From assembly GCF_006345805.1 (NCBI RefSeq), contig NC_043004.1, forward strand, positions 97,092,001 through 97,156,000: a stretch of DNA of 64,000 nt, written 5' to 3'. Each line of letters starts with the position of its first letter. The stretch's first letter is position 1. The stretch is from Octopus sinensis. Its lineage: Eukaryota. The notes beneath the pieces were generated by a model. It was not told where the DNA came from. It saw nothing but the letters and a program-made list of their open reading frames with translations, and ran no database searches. Positions 26,147-39,549 of this stretch are shown piece by piece. The position numbers and the translations under genes are program-made.

Positions 26147-26289
26147 TATATGGCGGTGCCTCAGCATGGCCACAGCTCGTGAGTTGAAACTAGATAAAAT
26201 AAAATAAAATAAAATAAATATCTCTTATACCATATATATATATTGAATTCTATATATATGTTGTATAGTACATACATTCCATATATATT

Positions 26290-28125
26290 TATTACATATA
26301 GTGAGAATTTACAAAAAAAAAGACGAAAATGGGTGTGTACGCAACAAAAAGATGTATTAGTTTAACGCTCGGGATGTGAGAAAGTATTTTACGTATCGAG
26401 TCTGCGCTCTTCGACAGAGAAGAACACCGAAATAAACAGGGAGAGAAAATAGTAAAAAGTTTAGTGGCTAGCAATCTATCATGGCAAATGCCGGACAGAG
26501 GGGTCACACAGTAGGGCTAGGATGAAGGGAGATAACAAAGTAGTGGTGATCCCAAAACGAAGGTGCGTGTAGAAGGGGGCTGGTGACACTGACGTGTGTG
26601 TGTGTGTATAGTTGTGTGGATGATGTTGCAGGTGCTGGGAAGTGGTTAGTGCTAGTGTGTGTGTGTGTAATGGGAAGTGTTCAGTGCTTGTGTTTGCGGG
26701 GTGGTATGATGTGGTGTGGTATGGTGGTGTGTGGTATGGTGATGTGTGGTGTGGTGTGATGGTGTGGTGTGTTGTTGGGGTGGGGGAGGCGAGAGTGGGG
26801 GAAGCAAGGTTGGGGTCTAAGGGATGTGATGTAGAGGGATGGTGAGGTTGGAATGTGTTGGAGTGGGGTAATGAGGGAGGGTTGACGATGAAGGGAGAGG
26901 GCGGAAGGGAGAAGGTGGGTAGGAGAGAAGAGAGGAAGTAGGTGCCAGAGCAAGAGAGGAGAGAGGAGGAGGGTCAGATAAAGTGGGGAGGAGAGTTGAG
27001 CCCATGTGGAGTAAAAGAGCGAAGAGAGAAGATTAATCCCTGCTCACGGTGAAGACGGGAGTCTAGATGGACCCCGTGCAAGGATAATCCGAACACAGAC
27101 AGGTTTTGTAAAGAATGACCAGTAAAGCCGAAATGGCGAAGGACCGGGGTGTTGTTGCCAAGTGGGATGTCTCGGACGTGTTCCGCGAACCGGTCAGCCA
27201 AGTGGCGTCCCGTTTGACCGATGTATAGAGAAGGACAGAGAGAGCAGGAGATGCAGTAGATAACGTTGCTAGAAGTGCAGGTCAAGGATTCAGTGATATG
27301 ATAGTGACGATGATGGGTGCCTGTGAGGAGGGTGGTGTTGGAGGGGTAAGGGAAAGTGCAGTAGCATGGGCGGGAGCAGGGGAACGAGCCAGGTTGGGAG
27401 GTTGGGTTAGTGAAGAAGCTGTGGGCCAAAAGGTTTCGAAATTTGTGGGCTCGTTTGAAGGGGGGTCACTTAGGGAAGAGGTGTGAAGTGGAGGGTTCGG
27501 ACTGGAGACGCTGGAAACCTCGGAGAATGGTGCGTTGGAGAGGTAGGGTGGTGGGGAGGTAGGTGAGGGGAAACGGGAGACGGGTGACAGCGGGGCGGGT
27601 GCGAGGGGAGAAGCAGATGCACGGTCCTCGGAACGTGCTCTGGCAAGGGCGGTGTGGATAGTGGTGAGGGGATATCCACGTAGGGTGAAGTGGCAAGCCT
27701 TGAGTTGAGACTGAGTCTCAATGTCATGGTTGTCACTGCAGAGCCTGCGTAGAAGGAGGAATTGGGAATAGGGGATGGTGAGTTTGGTGTGTTTAGGGTG
27801 GAAGGAGGAGAAGTTGAGGTATGAGTGTGAGTCTGTGCGGATGGAAGTTTTGAGAGTGGAGTGATGAATGCTAACCAAAATGACGAAAAAGGCGACTGAG
27901 TTGTCGGAAATAGTGCAGGAAGAGTGGAGGACAGGATGGAAAGATTTGAGAAAAGAGAGGAAAGACTCTAGATGCTCGCGGGAGAGTGAGATCGCAACGA
28001 TACAGTCGTCAATATAACGACCGTACAGTTCAGGAGTGGGACCAGTGAAACTTGAGAATATTTGGGCCTCAACGTAGCCAAAGAACAGGTTTGTATAGTT
28101 GGGGCCCATTCTCGTTCCCATTGCT
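26290..28125 (-). mobile_element. 5'-truncated Penelope-like element (RT C-terminus, GIY-YIG endonuclease, 3' region)
   Basis: ORF 27282-28121 has MGTRMGPNY and RYIDD. ORF 26974-27429 has NVIYCISC...LYIGQTGR...RFAEH. Frameshifted. Confidence 0.92.
26387..26421 (-). ncRNA. Degenerate hammerhead in the Penelope 3' terminal region, family G-like
   Basis: Minus strand CUGUCGA-A-GAG(CGCAGA)CUC-GAUACGU-A-AAA, with two core substitutions. Confidence 0.45.
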
Positions 28126-28194
28126 AAGCATTTTGCCCACAGCTCGCCTACTTAATAACAACGATGATACTACTACTACCACTACTACTACTAC

Positions 28195-28325
28195 TGGTAG
28201 AATTTATGTAGGGGCGAGTTACTACCTGTAACCTTAGGTATCCACAATCCATCATTTGCCTTTCAAGTGCTTAAAACCCTCCTCAAAATCTTTCCTATCC
28301 CTAAGAGGTAAACTTTCTCAAAAAG
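28195..28325 (-). mobile_element. 3' end of an REL-type retrotransposon followed by (AGT)n
   Basis: Reverse complement of about 28955-29050. Confidence 0.65.
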
Positions 28326-28329
28326 CTCT

Positions 28330-28650
28330 AAGAGGTTAGAGTATTCGGCTCGCGATCGTAAAATCATGAGTTCGATATCTGGTGGCGTGTTGTGTCCTTG
28401 AGCAAGACACTTTATTCCACGTTGCACCATTGCACCAGTCCAGTTCCGTCAGCTGGCGAAAATGAGTAGTACAGGTATTTCAAAGGGACAGCTTTGTCGC
28501 ATTCTGTGTCATGCTGAATATCCCAGAGAACTAAATTAAGAATACGTGTGCCTGAGACATCCACAACCACTCACTCACTGATTTCACAACCAGACTGTTC
28601 TGTCGATCGGATCAAATGGAACCCTAGTCGTTGTAACTGACGGACTGCCA
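28330..28650 (+). mobile_element. Degenerate tRNA-derived SINE with CORE-like segment and RTE-type tail
   Basis: GAGTTCGATA B box, GTGTCCTTGAGCAAGACAC, and tail GATCGGATCAAATGGAACCC...GACGGACTGCCA. Confidence 0.7.
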
Positions 28651-28655
28651 GTGAA

Positions 28656-28702
<47 letters not shown>

Positions 28703-28716
28703 TAGTAGTAGTAGTA

Positions 28717-28747
<31 letters not shown>

Positions 28748-28759
28748 CCTTAATAATAA

Positions 28760-29050
28760 TAGACTCCAGGATTGTAAACGAAAGAGGATGAAGAAAGTAA
28801 AAAGCAAAAAATACGACCCTTTTAAGTTTGAAATTGCAAGAATTTGGAGTATGAAAACTGTAATGATTGTGCCAGTAATAACTGCATTGGGAACTGTAAT
28901 TAAAGATATAGACAAATGGTTAAAGATTGGAATAGAGTGAGCTGTCAAGCTTCTTGAGAAGGTTTGCCTCTTAGGGACAGGAAAGATTTTGAGGAGGATT
29001 TTAAGCACTTGAAAGGCAAATGAAGGATTGTGGATACCTAAGGTTACAGG
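28760..29050 (+). mobile_element. REL-endonuclease retrotransposon C-terminus and 3' UTR
   Basis: KSKKYDPFKFEIARIWSMKTVMIVPVITALGTV...VCLLGTGKILRRILST*. Confidence 0.75.
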
Positions 29051-29275
29051 TAGAAGATTAATCCCTGCTCATGGTGAAGACGGGAGTCTAGATGGCCCCT
29101 GTGCAAGGATAATCGGAACACAGACAGGTGTTGTAAAGAATGACCAGTAGAGCAGAAATGGCGTGAGACCGGGGTGTCGTTGCCGAGTCGGATGCCTCGG
29201 AGGTGTTCCGCGAACCAGTCAGCCAAGTGGCGTCCCGTTTGACCGATGTATAGAGAAGGACCGATGTATAGAGAA
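29050..29275 (-). mobile_element. Second Penelope GIY-YIG fragment
   Basis: Paralogous to about 27027-27240 (ORF 29044-29226). Confidence 0.85.
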
Positions 29276-30394
29276 GGTATAAATTCTACCAGGAGTAAGA
29301 CCGAACCTGAGACAAACCACTAATAATATCAATAACAACAACAACAACATCAATAATGATAGCATCAACGACGACGACGACGACGACGATGATGATGATG
29401 ATGATGATGATGAGGATGATGATATGAATATGAATATGATTATAAGAAGCAGAGACAGCAATATTGTATACAAGGAAATGATCAAATAGAAATACAAAAG
29501 GTGAAATATAGCCAAAATAACAAAATGTTTTGTGCTAACATTGACAACAATAAAAAATATATTTGAAGTATTTTTGATGGTGACGATGATTATAACGACA
29601 ACAATGGCCATAACGATAGCGGTGATGTGATAACGGGGGATGTTGATGTTGAGGATTATTACGATGACTAAAATACTACACGTCATACAATTAACAACAC
29701 TATTATCACCAATGAATAGATTGTCACCTTTCTTATGTTCACAAATATCTGAAAACTATTGTGAAACCTTTTGACAAAACAACGCGATGGTGACTACGAC
29801 GATAATGATGATGATGATGATGATGGTGGTGGTGATGGTGGTGGTGGTGCTGATGACGACGAAGATGACGGTGATGAAAATATGAATGAAGTTTCAGGGA
29901 ACAAAACAACAATGACAACAAAATTGTATTAAGATAATCTTTCAGATACAGCCACTTTAGTATATAATGTTTTATTTGGTATTGTCACACACATAAACAC
30001 ACTCACACATTGGCACACACACACACACACACACACAAACAATGTGAGTATACATACACATAGATATGTACATATATATATATACATACACACACACATA
30101 AACACGTATCTATTCATATAACTTCTCTTGATATATTCATATATAAAGCTAAGATTCTTATTATTAATATATTGAATAATTTCCGTGCTGGCATTGTAGG
30201 TTTATATCAGAGGAAATATAAACAGCGACTATTTTCCCGATGGTGATGATGATGTACATACATACATACATACATACATACTTACATACATACATGCATA
30301 CATACATACATATGTGCGTATGTACGTACGTTCATATATACATACGTACATACATACATTCATACATAATTACATGTATGCATACATACATACA

Positions 30395-31470
30395 TATCAG
30401 AAGGTATTCACAACTTTAAGAACAAGGAATACAAGTGGAACACCCCAATTAAAACATCAGTTCGGTGCAAACATAACAGACCTGATACAGTTCCCTAGGA
30501 CAAGGAGCAAATTCATGCTCTGCCGTAGACGTTAGCTGTCCAGCGGATATGAATGAAGAATAAAAAATCCAGGAAAAATAGAATATTTAAGGCGAGTTAA
30601 CAAGGATTTACAGTTCATGTACCCTGGCTATAAGTTCTGATTTTTACTTATCATCATGGGTGCAGTATTCCATGGATCAACAAAATTGCACAAAAACCTA
30701 GAAATACTTGCTTTCATAGAGGAAGACCAAATCCAGTCTATTAGCAGCACTGTAAAGATTTGCAAGATGTTCCAAAAATTCATTCACTGTGGCAGAAGTC
30801 AGCAGCTCAGTCGATGTGAACGAACAATGAAGAGTCCAAGAGAAAGAAACCATTTGAGGCGAATTAACGTGGAAATTACAGCTCTTGTATCCTGACTATA
30901 AATTATCATTTGCACCTATCATCATAGGTGCGGGAGTGGAGGCGAAATGGCCCAGTGGTTAGGGCAGCGGACTCGCGGTCGTAGGATCGCGGTTTCGATT
31001 CCTAGACCGGGCGTTGTGAGTGTTTATTGAGCGAAAACACCTAAAAGCTTCACGAGGCTCCGGCAGGGGATGGTGGTGTTCCCTGCTGTACTCTTTCACC
31101 ACAACTTTCTCTCACTCTTACTTCCTGTTTCTGTTGTACCTGTATTTCAAAGGGCCGGCCTTGTCACTCTCTGTGTCACGCTGAATATCCCCGAGAACTG
31201 CGTTAAGGGTACACGTGTCTGTGGAGTGCTCAGCCACTTACACGTTAATTTCACGAGCAGGCTGTTCCGTTGATCGGATCAACCGGAACACTCGTCGTCG
31301 TAACCGACGGAGTGCTTCCATAGGTGCGGTAGGTTATAGACCAACAAAGTTGCACAGAAACCTAGAAATATTTGGTTTCATGGAGCAAGACCAAAGGAAA
31401 CTGATGCTGATTCTCCAAAGCGAATCTATGAATAATACTAAAGATACTTAGATGTTCCAAAAATCCTCCA
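30395..31470 (+). mobile_element. Degenerate, partly duplicated REL-endonuclease fragment (same family as 21110-21657)
   Basis: YKWNTPIKTSVRCKHNRPD by manual translation. Starts right after (TACA)n and is interrupted by a SINE. Confidence 0.65.
30934..31318 (+). mobile_element. Full-length tRNA-derived SINE with 11-bp TSD
   Basis: A box TGGCCCAGTGG and B box GTTTCGATTCC. TSD CATAGGTGCGG at 30923-30933 and 31319-31329. Relative at about 32775-33045 (-). Confidence 0.9.
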
Positions 31471-31824
31471 TCTGAGATTTTGCTGTGAATAGATGCACAC
31501 ACTTTGGTGTATGCATCAACAGTTCAACCAACACACCTACTCAACTACAAATTTACAGACACCAGGAAATTTCTTGACTCAAAGTCATGTTGCTTTATTA
31601 ACAACCAGCTTGGACTCTTTTAAGAACTTAAATTAATCTCAAAGAAAAATTATACATAGGCGCAGGAGTAGCTGTGTGGTAAGTAGCTTGCTTACCAACG
31701 ACTTGGTTCTGGGTTCAGTCCCACTGCATAACACCGTGGGCAGGTATCTTCTACTGTAGCCTCGGGTCAACCAAAGCCTTGTGAGTGGATTTGGTAGACG
31801 GAAACTGAAAGAAGCACGTCGTAG

Positions 31825-31872
<48 letters not shown>

Positions 31873-31963
31873 ATGTTTGTGTGCCTGCGTTTGTCACCCT
31901 AGCATCGCTGGAGAACTGGTGCCGGTATGTTTACGTCCCTGTAACTCAGCGGTTCGGTAAAAG

Positions 31964-32639
<676 letters not shown>

Positions 32640-33078
32640 TTATATATATATAATTTTTATATATATATAAAAATTCTGTTTTATATATAATTTTCATCTG
32701 TCTTGCCCGCCTAATTTGTTCTGGTGTTCGCTGAATTTTCCTCTAGAGAACATTCTTTGTAATACATATATATATATCACGTGACCGACCAGACCATCAG
32801 ATGTTACTACACATCGCTGGTCACAATGCGTTCGCATTGTTTTAGCCTTTGAATGACGCCACCCCGCTGGCTAAGCGAGCAGGCCAACAGAAGAAAGAGA
32901 GAAAGAGTGGTGAAAGAGTACAGCCGGAGACTCGTGGAGCTTTTAGGTGTTTCGCTCAATAAACACTCACAACGCCCGGTCTGGGAATCGAAACCGCGAT
33001 CCTACGACCGCAAGTCCGCTGCCCTAACCACTAGGCCATTGCTCCTCTACTATATATATATATATTTCTTCCATTCAC

Positions 33079-33114
<36 letters not shown>

Positions 33115-33499
33115 ATCTAGGTATATAACATCATCATCATCATCATAATCATCATCATCGTTTTAACGCTCACTTTTCCAAACTTGTATGAGTGAGACAG
33201 AGGTTACTGAGGCACATTTGCTGTAGTTGGATACCTTTCCTTTTGCTAACTATTGCCTGTTTCCATGCAAGGTAATATTTCGCCATGGCCAGTCATGCTT
33301 CTGCAGAATATTATAAACGTATGACATCGATTGTATGACCGTGTCAACCATTCACACCCTGCAATATCAGGACAAGAAGACACAAAACAAACACGCACAT
33401 CGCCATATACACACACACAAACACAAGCATACACATATGTGCATGTATGTATATATGTATTAATGCATATATGTAGGCATATATATTTGAATTTCTCTC

Positions 33500-33532
33500 T
33501 TTCCGATGAAAAGCTAAGCTCGAAAGGTCAAA
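33500..33532 (+). ncRNA. Degenerate minimal hammerhead, family G
   Basis: UUU-CCGAUGA-A-AAGC(UAA)GCUC-GAAAGGU-C-AAA. Confidence 0.45.
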
Positions 33533-33884
33533 TTAATATATTGCTTGTGCAAGTCCTCATGTTCGTTTTTTCGTTCTTTACACTGGCTTTTAATTGTTTG
33601 ATTTCTAATTGACTTTGTGTGTGTCTGTGTTAGAGTGTGCGTGTGTGCATGCATATGAGTGTGTATGTACATATATGTGGATCCGTTGGTGTAGCCGTGC
33701 GTGTGCGTTTTCCCTATCTCGAAGGAACTATTTTTGTAATACGCATGGTAAAACTTTGGAGGGACAATTGCGGATTCAATCGTCTATATAGATTTAGCCT
33801 ATGTTTGATTTCTTCCACTATTTCGATGTCGCCTGATCGGGAAGTGGAGGTACGTAGCATTTGATAAATTTATTTCAGTGGATG

Positions 33885-33941
33885 TTTACGCTGATGAAAG
33901 ACAAGGCGTTTATATTCCTAATCTAGAAACGCGTTCGTAAA
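33885..33941 (+). ncRNA. Type I hammerhead ribozyme, family C
   Basis: UUUACG-CUGAUGA-[A.AGA..AGG/CCU..UCU.A]-GAA-ACGCGU-U-CGUAAA. Perfect 6-bp stem I, intact core and palindromic stem III. Stem II is imperfect, with an A.A mismatch at its base. Confidence 0.72.
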
Positions 33942-34129
33942 TAACCATTAGACTTTGGTTTCGTTATTTCTTCCTTCTGTTTTGCATATGTGAATTACAG
34001 GGATATGTCGTATGTGGTGTCTCATTTGTAGAAAATAGAAATAAACAGGCTTTGACTGCTATTTATAAATATATATATTTATGTATGTATATGTAGATGT
34101 GTATTTATATGAATGTATGTACGTATATA

Positions 34130-34625
34130 TGTATATGTAGGTATGTATATTAGAAAGGCAACAGGCAAATAGAAGAAAACAACACGGGAGTAACAAGTTT
34201 TAACGAAAGGGGTTAGTTTAACGTTTAACAATAAGGGAAAAAGTCCTGACGTTTCGGAAGCTAGTCTTTCCTCAGAAGAATGATAGAGAAGAATAACAAA
34301 GGAGTCTACTGAATGTGGCGAGAGGAGTGGAAATGGGATTAGCTGCCAGGTGGGAATGCTTATGGTTAGTAAGGTATCCATGTTTTGAGATGGACATTAT
34401 AGCGCTGATTTTATGTGTTTTTTATGAAAGGGGGTGAAGGTGCGTAGAGGTGTGTAGTTGTGGTAGTGTACTGGCGTGACCTGTGTATGTCAGAGAAGTT
34501 GGGATGTAGGAGTAGTCGTATTGTGTGTTTGAGGGAAGCGTGGAAATAGGTAGATGTTTGAGGACGTGAGTGTTAGGAGGTAGAGGTCAAAGGGGAATAT
34601 AGTATTTAAGATAAAACCCTGGCAA
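34130..34625 (-). mobile_element. Penelope-like element 3' terminal fragment
   Basis: [11 protein letters not shown] resembles the end of a GIY-YIG ORF. It is followed by a C/T-rich UTR and an HHR. Confidence 0.5.
34244..34279 (-). ncRNA. Minimal type I hammerhead ribozyme, family D
   Basis: Minus strand UCUU-CUGAGGA-A-AGA(CUAGCU)UCC-GAA-ACGU-C-AGGA. GUC triplet; A.C mismatch at the base of stem II. Confidence 0.65.
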
Positions 34626-34780
34626 GTATTTATGCTTGTGTACATATATACATATATACACATATATTCATATACACATATATACATACATATGCATATA
34701 TATTAAAATATGTGTGTGTATATATATACATATACATATATATATACATATATATATATATGTATATACACATATATATG

Positions 34781-34812
<32 letters not shown>

Positions 34813-35908
34813 TTCACATATATGCATATGCATATATGCGTATATTTATATATATGTTTACACATATATGTATATGACTAAAACTATATGTATGAATGAA
34901 TATATATGTATGTACAGATACATAAATATAGCTGGAAAAGTGCTCACACACGAAGCTTCCGGAACTTGAGTCACTTTGTTGCGTTTGCTAAATATGAATG
35001 AAAACATACACATACTCATATTTTGAGTTCTGATTTTCCTGTTTACATCACCATACCTGAAACATAAATATAAATATATATTTATATGTATTGCACTGAT
35101 GTTCTTTTACTTTTACCTAGGTTGTTCCTTTCCCCACAGTGATCATGACTACGGTGATGACGTTCACAAAACTACACAGCCGTCTGAATGTTATGTCTGT
35201 GTGGAGAACGTCATAAATTATATTACTTTAAATTTTGATTCTATATTCCGAATTTTAACGATTTTTAAAGCCATCAAACCAATAACTGAAACAATATTAG
35301 CTATATATATATACTAAGCAAATGGAGTATTCACATTAACAATAAGGAACACTTTGACATGTTACAGCTCTGTACCAAACAGTCTGTCATGCACTCTTTA
35401 GGCAGTTTGATATGTGATGACAAAAATAACGATTATTTAATGCTATTTAATCCTCGCTCTAAAGAAATTTCGATTTGTTTAGTGAGTGAATTTATAATAT
35501 ATTATTCAACTATTCGACTTTCAGTGCTGTAAGGCATTTTAAAATATTTCAATGCTTATAAAATGCTGCAAGATATTTTAAAATATTTCAAAAAATATTT
35601 TCATTCGTGGCGATACAGATTCACACGTTTAATTTTTAGATATGAAAACAGACACATTGAACGTTTAAGCATCCAAAGAAAAAAGAAAAAAAGTTACAAT
35701 AAATAAGTACCAGTTGAAATCACCTGCCTGCTATTAATAATGGATTTAGTGGAAAATATTACTTCCTGGTTATTTAGTAATTCATCTGAGTGATCTTTCT
35801 ACAACGGAGTAAGTTCCTTTTTATAATCAAGCGTTTAAATGAAGTAGGTTTAAGGACAAAATTAGTAATGTATATAGTAGTAGTAGTTGTAGTAGCAGCA
35901 GCACCAGC

Positions 35909-35957
<49 letters not shown>

Positions 35958-35959
<2 letters not shown>

Positions 35960-36052
35960 GAGTGAGAGAGCAGTGCATGCCATCAAAGTGACACTGGGGT
36001 AAAATACATGAAGCCCAGTATACCCATCATGACTACCCGTCTGATAAGGGTA

Positions 36053-36054
<2 letters not shown>
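35958..36054 (-). mobile_element. Truncated (TAA)n-flanked retroposon end
   Basis: Reverse complement of the distal 97 bp of 53472-54031, with (TTA)n on both sides. Confidence 0.8.
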
Positions 36055-36141
<87 letters not shown>

Positions 36142-36943
36142 ATTTTAATCCTTTATACTATAAGAACATGGGGGCCTGAAGTTTTAGGAATGTGACTAGT
36201 CAATCATATCTCCCTAGTACTGAATTGGGTCTTATTTTAACAAACTTGAAAGGAGGAAACTGAAAGTCGACCTCGATTGAATTAAACTCAGATCATAAAA
36301 CAGACAAAATGCGACTAAGTATCTTGCCCGGCGTGTTAACGATTCAGCCAGCTCGCTGTCTTAATAACATCAACAACCACATCACCCACCCCCACCACCA
36401 CCAACAATAACAACAACATCAATTCAATAACTCAGTTAATTGAAAACTTCTTGGTTTACAGTCGTATTCAGTTTCAATGTAAGTACATTTTAAAAAATTG
36501 CACTTAAGGATTTTAATAGAAATAACATAAAATTACTGTTCTGTTGAACACATAATTTTGAAAGAAAATTATATACAGCAATAGTGAAAAAAGATCAAGC
36601 ACCTTGCTAATTCCAAAATAGCAGATTTCATATAATTGTCTTAACCCTATAAATTTTTCATTGAATTATTAATTTATTTCGAAATGAGCGTTTTATTGCG
36701 TAAAATGTTTTCAGTTGACAGTTCAGTCTCTCAAGGTTATAAAATGGTTAACAACACATCGATTTAAGTTACGATTCATTCACCATCAACATTCTTTAAT
36801 AGATTTATGAAAATCTTGGTACACTTGTTTATTAAAATGCATATGGTTTTCGAAAACAGTGCTATAAGAAACCACAAAATTAATTATTCAGTATATAATT
36901 AATATGTTTACAACGGGTATTAATATATTTGTATATTAAAGCA

Positions 36944-37160
36944 AGGCGGCGTGCTGGCAGAAACGTTAAGACGCCGGGCGCAATACTTAGCAGCATTTCG
37001 TCCGCTTTAAATTCTGAGTTAAAATTCCGCTGAAGTCGACTTTGTCTTTCATCCTCTCGGGGTCTGATTAAATAAGTTCCACTTGAGTATTTAAGTCGAT
37101 GTAATCGACTTGTTCACTCTCTCAAATTGCTGGGCTTGTGCCGAAACTTATAAAATCAAT
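36944..37160 (+). mobile_element. tRNA-derived SINE family B
   Basis: GGCGGCGTGCTGGCAGAAACGTTA...GAGTTAAAATTCCGC...GTCGATGTAATCGAC. Further copies at about 36165-36360 (-) and 40959-41160 (+). Confidence 0.8.
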
Positions 37161-37906
37161 ATATTAATATATATTTGCCGACATGTAGTATTATCAGAAA
37201 CTATAAAATTAATTATTTTGAATATATTACTGCATGTAAAAAGCTTATGTGCAGTGTAACGTAAATCGTGGTTTTTCTCCTCAAATAAAATAATGTTTCA
37301 TAAAACCTCCATCTTGAATACTTGTTTAGAATTGATAACTTTTTATCACTGCAAATCGAAAAATATTTTGTAATATGTTCAAATGTCTAACTGTATTTTA
37401 AGCCTGAAAAGCTGAAGAGTCGCATAATATAATATTAATTCACACTATAAACAAATCAAACATTCTATAGTTAGTGGATTAACGTACATCAAATATACGT
37501 TATTTTTATTGTCACATATCAAAAAGCATAGTTGGCAAACGACAAACAGCCTTGTACAATACTATAACACAGCCTATCTGCATCAATAATTACTACTTTG
37601 TTAACATGCATATTCAACAGCCTTTAGATTTTATCCTTACGTGTGTGTATTAATATATATATTACATATGGTATGTACATGTATAGTATATGATATATAT
37701 ATAACGTATATTCATAATATATATTATTCTACAGTTAATGCATACGCATCTCATTTTCTTTCTCTCCCCTCTCTCGCTCTCTGCACGCACACACAAGCGT
37801 TTTCAAACTTACAGGCATACACATAAATGTACGTTTGTCTGTGAATTATATCTTTGGAAATTTATGTACAAATATGATAGTCTGTACAAATAGGCAAAAA
37901 TATGCA

Positions 37907-37952
<46 letters not shown>

Positions 37953-37972
37953 TGACGCATACACATATGATT

Positions 37973-38021
<49 letters not shown>

Positions 38022-38899
38022 TACATACGTACATGAATTTGTAAGGAACCTATGTGTTTATATTTATATATATTTTCGTTATGCTTATACACACACATAC
38101 CTATACATCATTTATAATTCTGTATATGCTCCAATAATATATATAAATATTCATACACACAGACACATCAAAGTTAAAATAATGATTGACTATAAAATTA
38201 TTTTGTGCATGCCATGATATAAATCATATTTGCATGATGATAACTTAACTCTATTGCTTTACAACTGACAGGCACAGTATATTAGTTTCTGCTACATATA
38301 TTAGTAAACCTTTACTTTGTGTTTCAAATACTGTCTCGAATTTCTCAGACTTTCAATATCCATGAAGGCTAATTTTGATGAGTCCGATAATCTTTGACTT
38401 TACTGTCTCCCCACACTGCTTTGCTGAACGATATCTATCATTATTTGTTCCATGAATGGAATGGTAGTGTTTTGCAATTTTGCTTAATCTTTTCATAAAA
38501 TATTTTACTGCAAACATCAATATTACGACATCATTATTACCAGAATTGGCAGATTCAGTTGAACGCCAAATAAAATCTCTTGCAGTATTTAATTATATCT
38601 CTGTTTTTCGTTCAAATTCTATCAAGGTTGCCTTTGCATTTTATTATTTCGTGTTCAATAAAATAGAGTAACAGTCAAGCTCTGGGTTCATATTATCAGC
38701 TATTCCCACCCAACACATTTTGTGAGCCTGTGCTAATGTTAGAAATATATATTATAGCAGGATCTGTGTTACACTGCCTGTTCATCTGTTTATCTACCAT
38801 ATACTCAGACTAAAATGATTTTCAAGTACATTATTTTCTTTATGTTTTTGTCAAGAGGGAAGGTAATGCTCACAACAACATCATGTGTATGTTCTAAAT

Positions 38900-39295
38900 A
38901 CTCTTTCTCTCTTTACTCTTTTACTTGTTTCAGTCATTTGACTGCGGCCATGCTGGAGCACCACCTTTTAGTCAAGCAAATCGATCCCAGGACTTATTCT
39001 TTTGTAAGCCTAGTACTTATCCTATCGGTCTATTTTGCCGAACCGCTAAGTAACGGGGATGTAAACACACCAGCATCGGTTGCCAAGCGATGTTGGGGAG
39101 ACAAACACAGACACACAAACACACAAACACACACACACACATATATATACGACGGGCTTCTTTCAGTTTCCGTCTACCAAATCCACTCACAAGGCTATAG
39201 TAGAAGACACTTGCCCAAGGTGCCACGCAGTGGGACTGAACCTGGAACTGTGAGGTTGGTAAGCAAGCTACTTACCACACAGCCACTCCTGCGCC
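38900..39295 (-). mobile_element. tRNA-derived SINE family A
   Basis: Full head to tail. Confidence 0.88.
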
Positions 39296-39549
39296 AAGAT
39301 CAATATCCCTAAATAGGGACATTGATCTTGATAATCAACACGGGGTTCCCTACAATGAGTGATCATCTTAAAAATATGAAGCTTACGTTACTTTTGAATA
39401 GCGCGCATCTGTTAAAGCTATCAAATATTTATATACATTCTATATAAATACATATTCAAACGTACATGCCATTTTATAATCTTATAAAAAGAAATCAAGA
39501 ACAAATCCATCTATTTATTTGTAATGCAGATCAGCAAGATTAAATCATT

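Noticed and set aside
39295-39330. 36-bp hairpin beside a SINE head
   Set aside because: Short and single-copy, so not distinguishable from background in this repeat-rich DNA.
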